A stretch of DNA of 64,000 bases from Octopus vulgaris (GCA_951406725.2 OX597816.1:62062001-62126000), one strand, 5' to 3'; positions 41,198 to 55,020 are shown, numbered from the stretch's first letter. Numbers and translations are program-made. Notes: generated from the sequence alone by a model not told the origin.

Positions 41198-42179
41198 AAT
41201 AATAATAATAATAATAAGTATAATGATAATGAAAAATATCAACAACAGCCATACTGATAATTCATGTTGTAGTATTGACTCGAGAACCACGCCCTCTCCC
41301 CCTTTTTGTAACTGAATTCGTTTCACTTTCGTTTTTGTTTTTCTGTTGTAGTTGGTTACTGCCTTTGTTGTTTTCTTGTTTTGGTATTTTCCATTTTTCT
41401 CTCTGTCACTCTATCTCACATTACTGATTGTGGCACTTTCGTTTTCTATTTTCTTTTTTTTTTCTTTTTATTTGTCTTTATTTTTCTCTGCCTGTCTTTC
41501 CCATTTTCTCCTTCTTCGCCTACACTCTGTTTCTATTGCGTATCTTTTTTCTTTTCTCTTGTTTTAAAGACTTTTGTCCGCTTTGTCTTCATACCTCGTT
41601 CAATTATAACATGCAGCTATTAAATTTAAACTATTAATGGTTATTTCCCCTTATATCGCTAGCAATCGTGATAGATGAGAACCAAGCGACTAATGTAAGA
41701 AAAAATATTGATAGACCATAAAGAAGGAGAGAGAGATGAGATTAGAGAGACCGGAGGAGAGAGCACTTTTAGTTTGTAGAAAGCGAAAGATGTCGAGGCT
41801 GGAAGGGAAAGGGGATGTTAAATCAAGGACGAAGGAATGAAATGTATTATATAAATTGATAAAATGTAAACAGCCAAATGGAAAGAAAGAGTGAAACAAT
41901 GAATGAAGAATTGAAGAAAGGCAAAATGATAGAAAGTAAGCTTGTTTGAAGACATAAGTGGAACAGAAAGATCGTTGAAAGTAAGAGAAAAAGAATAAAA
42001 GAGAGAGGAAGAGGAAATTGAATGCAACAAATTCAAAGAGGGAGAGAAAGAAAGGATGGATTAATTAAAGAAAAGAGAAGAATGAATTCAAGGAGGTTAA
42101 AATGATAGACATGAAGTTTACCAGAAGACAAAAATAAACAAAAAAAGATAGAGGACGAAGAAAGAAGAAAGGAACTAAT

Positions 42180-42228
<49 letters not shown>

Positions 42229-42526
42229 GGAGAGAGTGAGAAGCAAAAACGAGTAAGCACGAAAGAAAGGAAAAACGAAAGAACGAAAGAAAAAAGCATT
42301 AAAGGATTGAGTGAATAGATAGGGAAGGAAATAGGAATGAGTGCAGAGAAGAGAACATGATAGAAAGATTGTATGAAAATATCTTTACTTGGACTGCGGC
42401 CATGCTGGTGCACAGCCTTGAAGAGTTTAATTTAATGCATTGGTTCTTTTGTCGAGCTGCTAGGTCATGAGGAGGTAGACAGACCAACACTGGTTGTCTA
42501 TCGGTGTTAGGGAACACACACACGCG

Positions 42527-42584
<58 letters not shown>

Positions 42585-43566
42585 TACTCACTCACACATA
42601 CGTATATCCGATATCTTCCGCGTTCTTATTCTGCCACTTGTTCAGTTTGGCTCTGATGACATTTCCTACAAGGTTTAAGAACGATTATACGATCGGTTGT
42701 TCCACGTGACCCTTCGTAGGCTACATGTTTTGTGGAAAGCACATCCACCCCAACAGCAAATTCATGGGGCTTCATCATTCATTTCTTAAACACAGACAAC
42801 TTCCAGTACGATTTGTTGAGTACCGGGTATTGCTTTCCTGTAAAAGATAGCATCATCATTTGTCTGTTGGATATTTCCGTCATCTGGTAGGAATTAGAGC
42901 AAGGTCTCCTAACCAAATATTCTCCTCGTAGTTTCTGGAATCTGAAGTGCGAGACCTTATTGCGGTAATGTTTGCTCTAGGGAGTTGCGAGCCTATTTCG
43001 AATGGGGTTGCCAGAAAATGATGGTGATGATGACGATGATGTTGATGACGGCGACAACGACAACGACGAAGATAACGACAACGATGACGACGACGATGAT
43101 GATGATGATGATAAGGATGACCTTAACGATAATGGAGTAAAGATGGTGGACATGGGTTGATAATGAAGATGATGGTGGCAATGCTGACAGTATGCTAAAA
43201 GCAATTATCCACCTTTGTTATTTTTCCATTTGGCCACATTATTTTATAAGTATGAAACATTGATCACTGATTGATTGAAGACCAGCTGTTTTCTAATGTG
43301 TCCCATCAGGTGAACCTTACAAAAAAATATATAAAAGGAAAAAGAGTGAACAAGAAAAAACAACGTGAGACAAGACACTGATATTTTTAGTAAAAATCTC
43401 CTATAATATCTATGGCTCGGCAATGCACTAAATATCGGCTTTTTGATCTACTGATGACATTAAAGCTCACGTAGGTGAGTTAATGAAATTGTCTATGGTG
43501 ACTGAAGAAGCCGACGTTTCAAGCCTTTAGTTATCGTCTGACTACAATGACGAGATAGAACATGAT

Positions 43567-44153
43567 TCCTCCTCCTCCTCCTCTTCTTCTTCTTCTTCTT
43601 CTTCTTCTTCTTCTTCTTCTTCTTCTTCTTCTTCTTCTTCTTCTTCTTCTTCTTCTTCTTCTTCTTCCTCCTCCTCCTCCAATCAGGACTCACGCCATTA
43701 GCCACAAAGAATAATCTCTAATTCGAGCCTACTCTAAGCTACTAAGAATGCATGTGGCAAGTTGAAGATCCACCCACCACACGCGATAGACTGGCGGTTG
43801 CACGGGCGCGAAGGATACGTTGTTGTCCTCATTCCGTAAACGGTGGCTTTTAACGGGTGGAGAGCTGGACCATTCTGGAGTACAGAGAATTCGCAGTCTA
43901 GACTAGGGTCTGAGAGTTTACCACACCATAGTGGGTTACACCCTGGTTCCACTGCTTTGTGGCAGAAGTAGGAAAAAAGAGTGAAAGAAAGTCGAGGTGA
44001 AAGAATACTGTGGGGTTCTCCCCCACCCGCCGGAGCCTGGTGGAGCTTAGGTGTTTTTGCTCAAGAAACACTCACAATGCCCAGTCCGGGAATCGAAAAC
44101 GCGTTCTTACGACCGCAAGTCCGCCGCCCTAACAACTGGGCCATTGTGCCTCC
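43567..44153 (-). mobile_element. tRNA-derived SINE (head H2, tail b) with (GAA)n tail
   Basis: Head GGAGGCACAATGGCCCAG.. is shared with 32779-33080; the 3' module is shared with 34025-34375. Confidence 0.85.
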
Positions 44154-44760
44154 TTTGTAAATCTACTGTGTATTTATTTGACTTACGGACGGATTCACTA
44201 ATATCAGAATATAGAATCCATTCTCTTCTACACCATATATTACAGTCCAGTAACTCTGAGTCACTGTGACATTTTGTTTTTCGAGCAGTTGTGCGCTATT
44301 TGTGAGGATTCAGACTTTTCGAAAGTCTCTGTATTACACTCTAAGTTATCATTATTATTTTTTTCTATCTTGTGAGATTCAAGATCTATAATCTAAATGT
44401 GTTACATGAGATAACTATGATAAACATGATAAATGCTTAGCAGTGAGCTTTAATGAGAAAGGCATGCATCAACGTTAGATAGAAAATAACAGAAAAGGAG
44501 TAGAAAGAAGAGAAAGAAAGGGATATAGAAGATTGAATTTTATAATGAAAGTAACATTTCCTGTTGTTTGAAGCAAGTAAGTAAATGAAAAATATTACGT
44601 ATAAATGTATACAAAAACTAATGAGAAGAAGCAGGTGAATATAGGAAGAAATACTGTTAGTTTAAAAAACAATGAAACGCACTAGTTGGGAAGGAGTGAG
44701 AAGAAAAAAAATCCCTTAAAAGATTGTCATTTGGTTTATGTTTTTATGCGTTTCAAATAG

Positions 44761-44819
44761 ATATATTACGCTACCATCTGCAGAGTTTCTCACAACTGCT
44801 GGTGGTGAGATTTGGCATG
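44761..44819 (+). CDS. Candidate orphan internal exon (59 nt)
   Basis: Acceptor tttttatgcgtttcaaatag| and donor ATG|gtaagg. Two open frames ([19 protein letters not shown] or [20 protein letters not shown]). Confidence 0.35.
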
Positions 44820-44858
44820 GTAAGGAGGAATGAAACAACTCCAAAGAAAATAAAGGTG

Positions 44859-44923
<65 letters not shown>

Positions 44924-45049
44924 TGTGTGTGTGTGCGTGTGTGTGTGTGTATGTATGAATGTATGTATATATCTATATCTATATATAGATATGCATACAT
45001 ATATATATATACATACATACATATATACATACATACATACATACATACA

Positions 45050-45107
<58 letters not shown>

Positions 45108-45259
45108 GACATACGCACACACATATTTATGCATATATTCAGCGTTCTCAACTGAAGGAAAAGAAAAAAAAGCCGAATTTTAAAAATAATGTTATATTTT
45201 ATTTATTCGTATAACTATGATAATGATAATAATAATAGTATTAGTAATAATAATAATAA

Positions 45260-45304
<45 letters not shown>

Positions 45305-45354
45305 CAAAAGTAGTAGTAATAGTAGAGGTAGTAGTAGTAGTTGTAGTAGTATAA

Positions 45355-45414
<60 letters not shown>

Positions 45415-46241
45415 AAATAGTAGTAGTAGTAGTAGTGATGATAACAATAACGGTAATAGTGGTGACGTTTATGGTAATAATAATAGCATTGATATTAATG
45501 ATCATTTTATCTCATCATCATCATCATCGTTATCGCCATCGTCGTCGTCGTCATCATCATCATCTTCATCTTCTCCATCATTCTTATCATCATCATTGAA
45601 ATTATCATCATCGTCGCGCCATCATCATCATAATGATCGTTGGTGATAATGATGAACTGGATGAAGTAGGCGGGAAGATGAAATGAAACAGTAGCAACAA
45701 CAACAAAAACATCAAGTAAAACGTAAAAATGAGTAAAAAAATGAAAGATTTCATTGATAGTGTAAAATGCTGGAAGAAATTCAGAAATAACAAGTTTAAC
45801 TAAAAAAAAAAAAAAAAATTCTGCGATGTATGTAGAAAAGTTAACTGTAAAAAAAAAATAATCCGGAAAAAAGAGAATTTGATGATAAACAAATTCAATA
45901 TTAACATCATGTATTACAATTTGAGAAAGAATTTTAAAAAAAACTATAAATGCGTTTTGAGAATTATAGCAAAGAAAAGTAGTCCTCGAAAACACTTAGG
46001 ACTATCTAAATATTATGTTAGTGAAATACAAATGTTATTGACAATTTCATATTGTAAACAAAATTTAGAAAGCACTTCTAATAACTAAATGGCACAATTT
46101 CAAAGAATATAAGATATTTTATAATATCTTATTGTTTCATGTGATTTGTAATATCTCGAATGCTTAAGAATAGTGTCGGATATGATAGGTATTCTGATGG
46201 TCAGACGCTGTGTATATAATATATTTCTCGAAGGATTTCGT

Positions 46242-46398
46242 TGTGGCTGTGAGGTAATTAGCTTCCTTACCAGCCACATGGTTCTGGGTTCATTCCAACT
46301 GCGTGGCACCTTGGGAAAGTGTCTTCTACTATAGCCTCGGGCCGACCAAAGCCTTGTGAGTGGATTTGGTAGAAACAAACTGAAAGAATCCCGTCTTA

Positions 46399-46451
<53 letters not shown>

Positions 46452-46850
46452 AGATAGGGGTTGAATTTTCAACCCACCATGGGATAACATATATCCAATA
46501 TACTGCTAGATAGGTACCCAAAAATAATTTTTTCACAATTATAACAAATTTAATTCTCTGAAGAGGCCGTGGGGCATCCTTGTTAATGCCCCATTTATAC
46601 CTGCCTTTATGGCTTATAGGTTAAATGAGGTATGACTGCCTTTGCTGCCGAAACAGCTGTCAGATATGATTTAATTACATATTATATTTGAAATTTTATA
46701 CTTATATCTCTTTGTCTATTTACATTTACTGTATATTTTGTATAATGCCTTTACTGATATGTAATGGTGTAATAAAGTATTGATTGGGTATCATCTGATA
46801 GTTGATGTTTTATTGATTTAAGTATGTTTCTCCATTTTCTAATTTTGTAG

Positions 46851-46921
<71 letters not shown>

Positions 46922-46940
46922 TAGATAGATAGATAGATAG

Positions 46941-46973
<33 letters not shown>

Positions 46974-47240
46974 TGTATGTATGTATATATGTATGTATGT
47001 ATATATGTATGTATGTGTGTACGTATGTGTGTGTGTGTGTATGTTTGTGTGTCTTTGTTTGTCCCCCAACATCGCTTGACAACCGATGCTGGTGTGTTTA
47101 CGTCACCGTAACTTAGCGATTCGGCAAAAGAAACCGATAGAATAAGTAGTAGGCTTCGAAAGAATAATTCCTGGGGTCAATTTGCTCGACTGAAGGCGGT
47201 GCTACAGCATGGCCGCAGTCAAATGACTGAAACAAGTAAA
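46242..47240 (+). mobile_element. SINE S1 split by an insertion in its internal microsatellite
   Basis: Head 46242-46397 and tail 47040-47240 match the contiguous S1 copies. Confidence 0.9.
46446..46852 (+). mobile_element. ~400-bp solo PLE pLTR/retrozyme-like insert with a type I hammerhead (46555-46664)
   Basis: UCU-CUGAAGA-GGC(~80 nt structured insert)GCC-GAAA-CAGCUG-UC^AGA; bounded by (TA)n on both sides; AATAAA downstream. Confidence 0.7.
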
Positions 47241-47267
47241 ATAATTAAGAGAAAGTAAAGAGAATAC

Positions 47268-47573
47268 TCTTTATATATAAAACTGTTGTGTGTGTGAGAG
47301 TCTGTCTCCTCCGATTTAGATTCCTAACTACTCCCACATTTTGCGGTGCAGTTTAACCAAAAGCGGGTATCTTATAGTCGTGATTCATATCGAGCCCTTC
47401 TGGGTATTAGCGCGCGTCTACGATGAGTCTACGATTAAAAAAAAAATTACCATCCTTTTTTGGGTTTTTTAAATGCAATTTTTTGCTTGGTTTATATAAG
47501 GGAAGTAACTCTCTAAAATGCTTATATAGTTATTTCCCTTACAAACCCGAGCAACGCCGGGCGATACTGCTAG
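47268..47573 (+). mobile_element. Non-autonomous Helitron
   Basis: 5' TCTTTATATATAAA; subterminal hairpin CCCGAGCAACGCCGGG; 3' CTAG followed by T; no TSD. Confidence 0.8.
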
Positions 47574-47786
47574 TATCGAATAAAGACCACAAATACTATA
47601 ATTTATATGAGTATTCGGAGTAGAATGAATATGGGGTACACGATGAATTAGCTAGCTGAAACTTCGAAGTCACTGTCAACAGCAATCTCATATAGGAATA
47701 ATAAAACTATACTCTACAAAAATATAGAGTAACCCATCAGATTAATATAAAATTGTTTTTATTATAACTGATCATAAAAGAAACAA

Positions 47787-47883
<97 letters not shown>

Positions 47884-48139
47884 TGCATATCACGTGATCA
47901 CGTGATCAACCACATTATCGGACGGCGTTATACATCTCATGGACACAGTGCGCTTTGCAAAGTTTTAGTTGTCGAATAATTCCATTTCGCTGTCACGGTG
48001 ACCAGGCCAACATTCTCCTTGATCTAAAAGCCAGTTTGTCGCAGGGTTCTCCATTTAAAGCTGAGTGAATTGAAGCAACGTAAAATGAAGTGTCTTGCTC
48101 AAGATATCAACGCACCTTCAATCTAACAATAAAAACATT

Positions 48140-48479
48140 CTTTCATTTGTTTCGATCATTTAACTGAGGCCATGATGGAGCATCGCCTTTGGTCGTAGAA
48201 ATTGTAAGCCTAGTACTTATTTTATCGGTCTCTTTTTCCTGAACCATTAAATGTCTGGGATGTATACACACCAACATCGACTGTCAAAAGAGAACGGAGT
48301 GGATATAGGCACACAAACATATATACATATACGACGGGCTTCTTTCAGTTTCCTCTCTACCAAATTCACTCACAAGGTTTTGGTCGACCCGAGGCTATAG
48401 CAGAAGTCACTTGCGCAAGGTGCCACGCAGTGTGTCTGAACCCGGAACCATGAGGTTCTGAAGCAAGCTTCTTACCACC
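48140..48479 (-). mobile_element. Diverged SINE S1 (head truncated by a P2 repeat at 48481-48640)
   Basis: Homology to the other S1 and P2 copies. Confidence 0.8.
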
Positions 48480-48701
48480 TTTTTCTATTTTCTCTCCCAG
48501 TTTATTTCTATGTTCCTTTCTGTTGAAGAGCGTAGGCTTGCAACGTAAAAGACTTTCTCACTTCCCGAGCGTTAAACTGATACATCTATTTGTTTACTCA
48601 CCCGTTTTCGTCTTGTTTTTTTTGTGAAAATTCTCACTATAAATATATATATATTATCTAGCGATAATTATCACTAGACACGTTAAAATAGAGTGGTCTT
48701 A

Positions 48702-49957
48702 CGAGGGGCGTTCAATAAGTAATGCCCCTGACCCACTTGCAGTTGTTTGATCTAGCTGAAATTTTGCATGTGCACTTATGTATACCTCTATAGATTACGT
48801 GGCGAACTATTTGTGGTTTCTGATTTACAGGTGTTTGAACTGAGTCAAGTGTGAAATGGAGCCTGTTGAGTGTCGAGCAGTGATCTGGTTTTTGTATTTG
48901 AAAGGACGCACACCACGGGAGACTTTTGATGAAATGAAAGTAACTTATGGTGATGATGCCCCATCATATGACCTTGTAAAACGCTGGCATTGTGAATTCA
49001 AACATAGTCGGAACTCTGTGGAAACAGCTCCCAGATCTGGTCGCCCCCTTCTGCCGTTGATGAGACGTCTGTCCGTCATGTTGAGGCTGCCATTTTGGAA
49101 GGTCAACGCATAACTATTCGCCAAATAGTCCATAAGGTCAAGATTAGTACCGGGTCTGTGGAAACTATCATTCATGACCATTTGCATATGCAAAAGGTGT
49201 CTGCCAGATGGATTTCCAGGTTGCTCACATCTTTCCAGAAGCAAGAACGCGTTGAGTGCTCGAGGATGAATTTGGAGATGTGCCAAGAAGATGAGTCAAA
49301 ATTTTTCAAAAGACTGATCACACAGGATAAAACCTGGGTCCATCACTATGATCCATAGACCAAAGCCCAGTCAATGCAGTGAAAGCACCGTGACTCACCT
49401 CCTCCAAAGAAGGCAAGGGTGCAGCCCTCCGCTGACTAGGTTATGCTCACAGTCTTCTGGGACCAGGACGGAGTAGTGATGACAGATTTCCTGGCAAAGG
49501 GTACCACAATTACAGGAGCCTATTATGCTTCACTTTTGAGGAAATTAAGAGAAGCTATCAAAATCAAGAGGCGGGGCAAGATCAGCAAAGGCATCCTCCT
49601 CCTGCAGGACAACGCTCCGGTCCACAACTCGCGTGTCGCCAGATCAGAAGCACAGGCGTATGGCTATGAACTCCTCCCCTGAACCCTCTGATTTTCACCT
49701 CTTCCCAGCCATGAAGTTGATTTTGAAAGGAAAGCGTTTCCGAGATGATGCAGCCTTGATTTCTGAAGTCACGTCGTGGTTGGAGGACCAAGCTGGGGTC
49801 TTCTACAAAAACGGTCTCCAGAGCTGTATCAAACGATGGGAGAAATGCATAACCCTGGGTAGTTCCTATGTAGGAAAAGACTAATAACTGTGCCAAGTGT
49901 CGTTGCTCTACTGCTATGGGAAGTAGGTCAGGGGCATTACTTATTGAACGCCCCTCG
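48702..49957 (+). mobile_element. Full-length mariner transposon (irritans/Hsmar2-like), inactivated
   Basis: 32-bp perfect TIRs CGAGGGGCGTTCAATAAGTAATGCCCCTGACC with TA TSD on both sides (48700-01, 49958-59). Confidence 0.95.
48856..49884 (+). pseudogene. Mariner transposase pseudogene
   Basis: PRSGRP, ARWISRLL (WVPR.L), ITQDKTWVHHYDP, LLQDNAPVH and PSDFHLFP. Frameshifts, stops and a deletion in the YSPDLAP motif. Confidence 0.9.
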
Positions 49958-50936
49958 TAGTGCGGCAAAGAGTAGAAATACAACTTAATATGTTGTATTC
50001 ATAATTATATTTACTTAATAGCGGTGAAACCCCATAAGTCACATATTCAGTTACACATTCAATATGCATACATACAAACATGAACACGCAATTATATACG
50101 CTTACACATCGATATACATATATACTACACATACACCTATCTGTGTGTGTGCGTGCGAGTGCATGTGTGTTCGTCCATATGTGTGTGTGTGTGTCTGTGT
50201 GTGTTCCCTAAAGTTTCTCACTGCGAAACTCCATTCACAAGGTAATAACGGACTTGTTTTTGGTTTGGCTCATAAATTCCCTCCAATATAGAGGACCATT
50301 CCTTCAGAGTGTCCCTAGGGCTATATTATATAATGTGGCTTTCCAATTTGTAAGGCAGCGAATAGTAGTTTGACGGAGAAATAGCTGTTATTTCTAACTA
50401 GTATAAGAAATGTTTATAGAGAAGTTGTGAGAGAATTATAAAGAGTTCAATTATTTCCAGCAGCAATCGAATCCAGTCAGGAGAAAATATGTCACATAAT
50501 AAAATGTGCCAGAAAAATTCGAAAACACAAACTGAAAGAATTAATAACAACTTTCAAAAGAAGACTAAGCTTCAATAAATGATTGATTTAATGCTGTCTT
50601 GTTGCATTTTTTTATTTAAGATATTGAACAAAATGTAATGTCGTTATATAAATCATTTTCTCATCTGTCAATATATTGTTATTTACTAAGCGATCTAAAA
50701 CATTATTGCTCTATTATTAATAAAATTTTCCCGTTGATTTCTACATGTGAGAGTCTAGTTGTTCTATCAAATGTATGACCTAATCATTGAATTTAGAAAA
50801 CAATGAAATTTAAACAAATTAGATGACGCTCTAAATGTACTATGCACCAATATGCAAACCAACCTCAATGTAGGAGCTAGACTTGCTAGATATAATAAGT
50901 AAATCTCCTTCAAAATATATACGGGAAATATATAAT

Positions 50937-51278
50937 GTTGAGACCCCTTCGGTCATGACTGACCGTGGTATTGCAACTAGACAGTTACCCTCCCAGGTAA
51001 AAGTCCGGGCAAGGTTGTTTATGGAAGACCAGCAGTCACCCATGCATACCGGTCTCCCTTCTCCACGCCGCCAGTGTTATCCAAGGGAAAGGCAAAGGGG
51101 CCGATACAGCTTGGTACCTGTGACGTCGCAACTCATTTCTACAGCTGAGTTAACTTGAGCAACGTGAAAAAAACGTCTCTTGTTCAAGAACACAACACGC
51201 AGCCCGATCCGGGAATCGAACTCATAACCTCACGATCGTAAGCTCGACGCTCTAACCACTGAGCCATGCGCTTTCACA
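50937..51278 (-). mobile_element. tRNA-derived SINE (head H3, tail c)
   Basis: A box TGGCTCAGTGG, B box GAGTTCGATTCC and central tcttgaacaaga..tcacgttgctc..actcagctg..aaatgagt block. Confidence 0.85.
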
Positions 51279-51492
51279 CATAATGTAATACACACGCGAT
51301 ACTCGCGAAAGACGTAGTAGACTATCGATCAGTCAAGGCTAACATTAAGGCCAGACGGTAACTACGTTAAAGACAATACTTATAAACCAAACACAGGCAA
51401 ATGAAATTCTCAAAATTTCAAAGCATTGCATTTTATATGATTGAGGGAAAGGTTCATTTTCAAAATGCATGTATATGATTACGAAGGATATC

Positions 51493-51698
51493 TCTCTTTT
51501 ACTTGTGTCAGTCATTTGACTGTGGTCATGCTGGAGCACCGCCTTTAGTCGAGCAAATCAACGCCAGGACTTATTCTCTGTAAGCCTAGTACTTATTCTG
51601 TCGGTCTCTTTTGCCGAACCGCTATGTTAACGGGACGTTAACACAGCAGCATCGGTTGTCAAGCGATGTAGGGGGGTCAAACACAGACACACAAACGT

Positions 51699-51735
<37 letters not shown>

Positions 51736-51903
51736 CGCATACATATATACGACGGGCTTCTTTCAGTTTCCGTCTACCAAATCCACTCACAAGGCTTTGG
51801 TCGGCCCGAGGTTATAGTAGAAGACACTTGCCCAAGGTGCTACGCAGTGGGACTGAACCCGGAACGATGTGGCTCATAAGCAAGCTACTTACCACACTGC
51901 CAC
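51493..51903 (-). mobile_element. SINE family S1, near full length
   Basis: Homology to the other S1 copies. Confidence 0.9.
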
Positions 51904-52094
51904 TTCAGTGATTGTTTGAAAATCACCAGTTTACCTTTTAATTCCTTGAGGCATGTAATTTGTTAACTACAAAATATAAAGATAAATATTGAAGAAGGCT
52001 AATATCGAGAACGTTATTCTTTTTAGGGATAATTTAAGTAATCTAAAAAAAAATAATAATTAGTTGACGTAACTAATCCTCCTTACTATAAGAA

Positions 52095-52245
52095 CAAGGC
52101 CTGAAAATTTGTGGGAGAGGGCCAGTAATTTAGATCGACCCAGTATGCAACTGGTACTTAATTTATCGACCCCGAAAGGATGAGTGGCAAAGTTGACCGC
52201 GGCAGAATTTGAACCCGGAACGTAAGGACAGACAAAATGCCGCTA
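52095..52245 (-). mobile_element. Single diverged copy of the Nin-domain-like SINE, with a different tail
   Basis: Shares atcgacccagt..aactggtactta..atcgaccccgaaaggatga..ggcaaagt.gacc.cggc.gaatttgaac with the 62.3-63.3 kb array. Confidence 0.8.
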
Positions 52246-52819
52246 TCGATTCATTCAGCTCGGCACCGCACAAAAATTAGTTACTAACTTGGTGTATATA
52301 CAAATAAAACAAATATTGCACTCAAGAGGAGAGTGTTATTACGAAGAAAATTATAATCTTATTAATTGTAAAGCACCTCAGATAATCTTACGCTTTCAAA
52401 AATCACGAAAAAGTTCATATTACTAGGCGTAGCGCATTATACGATTCAACTCCTGGGGAAGTTTGAAATATATTAATTCAAATTAAGAGAAACTGTAGAG
52501 TCAGTAGTTTATAAAGAAATTATACCTATGATTTCTCCTTAAATGGAGACACCTCGTAAAATCATTTATAAGTATAAAGGTATGTTGACTATATAAAGAA
52601 ATTATCAGAAAAAAAAATCGTGTTTTTTTTTATTATATTAAGGCTCAGATAAAGATTAGCGATTTCTTTTTGTTTTCTTGTAATAGCCCAATTTGAATTT
52701 TTTTTAAATAGTTGTACTAGGCTTACAAAGAATAAGTCCTGGGGTAGATGTGTTCGACTAAAGGTAGTGCTACAGCATGGCCGCACTCAAATGACTGAAA
52801 CAAGTAAAACAATAAGAGA

Positions 52820-52857
<38 letters not shown>

Positions 52858-53569
52858 TAATATTTTACAATCTTAGTGAGCATATATAAGGTTTGGTTAA
52901 CGATTTATACGCACATATTGACTTTAGAATGAGAATTTATTGGCGTAATTATCATACATGCCGCTGAACAATATTAAAATACATGTATATGTCACCAAAA
53001 GTTATAAAACGAAATTACGATGTATGGCTTATGAGACATGACGCTAATTATACCGATGAAAATACCAGAATTTGTAGCTTTGACAGTTTTTCCACGAACA
53101 ATTAAATTATAGCAATATCAGTTATTACATAAATACAGCGGAGTGTTAATTTTATTACTCGTTGATTAACGCAAAAAATATTTTACTAATGAGTAACATA
53201 AAATGTGGAACTGGTTGCAAAATAAAATTTCAAAACCAAATTGAGGATTTCTTTACGCAGTGGATTCAACAATTATTTTTAGTAGCTACCCTTTCATGGT
53301 AAATTTTAAGATCTCTTTCTTAATATCCTGAAACAATTTTGTTCCTACCCTGCTGGTTAATACAAGAAATGTAATTTAGAGATAATTTAAATTCGATTTT
53401 TTTTCTAAGCAGTTATTAAAGAGATGCAGGCATATAGTTTGATCAAAACTAGAAGATTGCTATGTGGGTTTTTTTTAATAATTGCAGTAAAGTAAGAGAA
53501 AAATCTAACATGCATTTTTATTTGATATGTATTTTGTGAGCAATATCCAATAAAGTCATTGGTTTAAGG

Positions 53570-54450
53570 GTTCCTACAGCGACTTCCCCAATCAACCGAT
53601 TTCCCTATGGCGAGAATACGTTTTGTTTTTCGAATTGAAGATTTTTCTGTTGGTAGATAGTTTTTGTAGAAATTGTGTATAAGAGTGTTGTATGTGTATC
53701 TGGGTGTTTGGGAGTTGATTATTTATGCTATAATACGAATTGTGACGTTTTGGAGCTTCCTGTTGTAACAAAGACTACTTCTTGCTAATACAATTCGGTT
53801 TTCATTTCAGCAGCTTTATTTCACTTTGCAGATAGAGTGTACGTGCCTGTTGTAATACCCAGCAATGCGTTGTGCTTTCTTTATCATCTAAATACATGTA
53901 GGGCCTGTGTTGGGCTAGAAACAAACGTTCGATCTCTGATAATATATATCTTCATAATGAATGTTTTATTCAAGAATTGTTCGTATTAGAGGAATCAACT
54001 CCATGAAAAGTTTTGCATTAGATTTCAAATCAGTGGAAGTAAGATATGAGCATTTCTGGCGAGATGGAGTAAATTGAATATTTAAACACAAATCTCTAAT
54101 TTCTCAGTTTACACTCCATCTGGTTGATTTCCTTCTTTACTATATTTTTAAAAGTCCATATTTGATGGCACTTTGCAAATAAGAGCATCGTCAGTTACAG
54201 GTTTCAAACAAGTTATTTGTCGGGGTTTCGTTTTCTCGGCATTGCAAATCATTCACAGATAAATATGCACAAACTGGCGCGTGACTAGTAGTGTTTCTTA
54301 CTTTTGTATAACGAGTTTCCGTCATATCGAGCTAGTTCCGTCTCCGGTAAGTGAGAACATTTTTCTTCGTTTTTGGTTTACGCTATCCTGAAATAACTCT
54401 TCTCTCTCTTCTTGATGAAGGTCTTTACATGAACATTTTTCAATGGAATA
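53570..54450 (-). mobile_element. Possible ancient L1/Tx1-type ORF2 remnant
   Basis: Broken minus-strand motifs (LLGIT, PRYTY, D..SNA). No intact frame. Confidence 0.3.
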
Positions 54451-54987
54451 CGAACGATACAATGCATTGGTCAATCAGAATCTATGTAAGAGAACGCATA
54501 TTTAAATTACCCCACAGTTGTATCGTACTTAGAACTACTTTCTTCTCAACTAATCTCTTTCATCATGTATTTAAAATATATACTTGACATAAAATATCCC
54601 TGATATGATGAAAGGCACACACATTAATTCATAGAAAGAATAATTTGAATGTTATTTTTGAGAAATGTATTTATTTAAGAATTAGGGTTATCGTAGGAAT
54701 GGAAATGTTGTAAATTCTTAAAGAACGATAGTAAATGGATAATCCAAACAAAAATTGGAAAATTGGAAAGAAAGTTAAAAATGACATCAGTTGCCAAAAT
54801 AAATGCACCCGAAGCAAAAATTCTTAGTCAAAAATTGAAATTCATGACAAACTGCCAATTCTTTTGGAATTATATACATATATTTCGGATACCCAAATTT
54901 TTATTGTATTTTATTTACAGAAATATACAGGAATATTTCCAAACATGTCCAATATTTATCATTGATATCCATTTTCGTTCAATCATG

Positions 54988-55020
<33 letters not shown>

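Noticed and set aside
41640-42360. Long purine-rich plus-strand stretch with hydrophobic minus-strand ORFs
   Set aside because: Low-complexity GA-rich DNA, possibly a very old LINE; no diagnostic motifs I can support.
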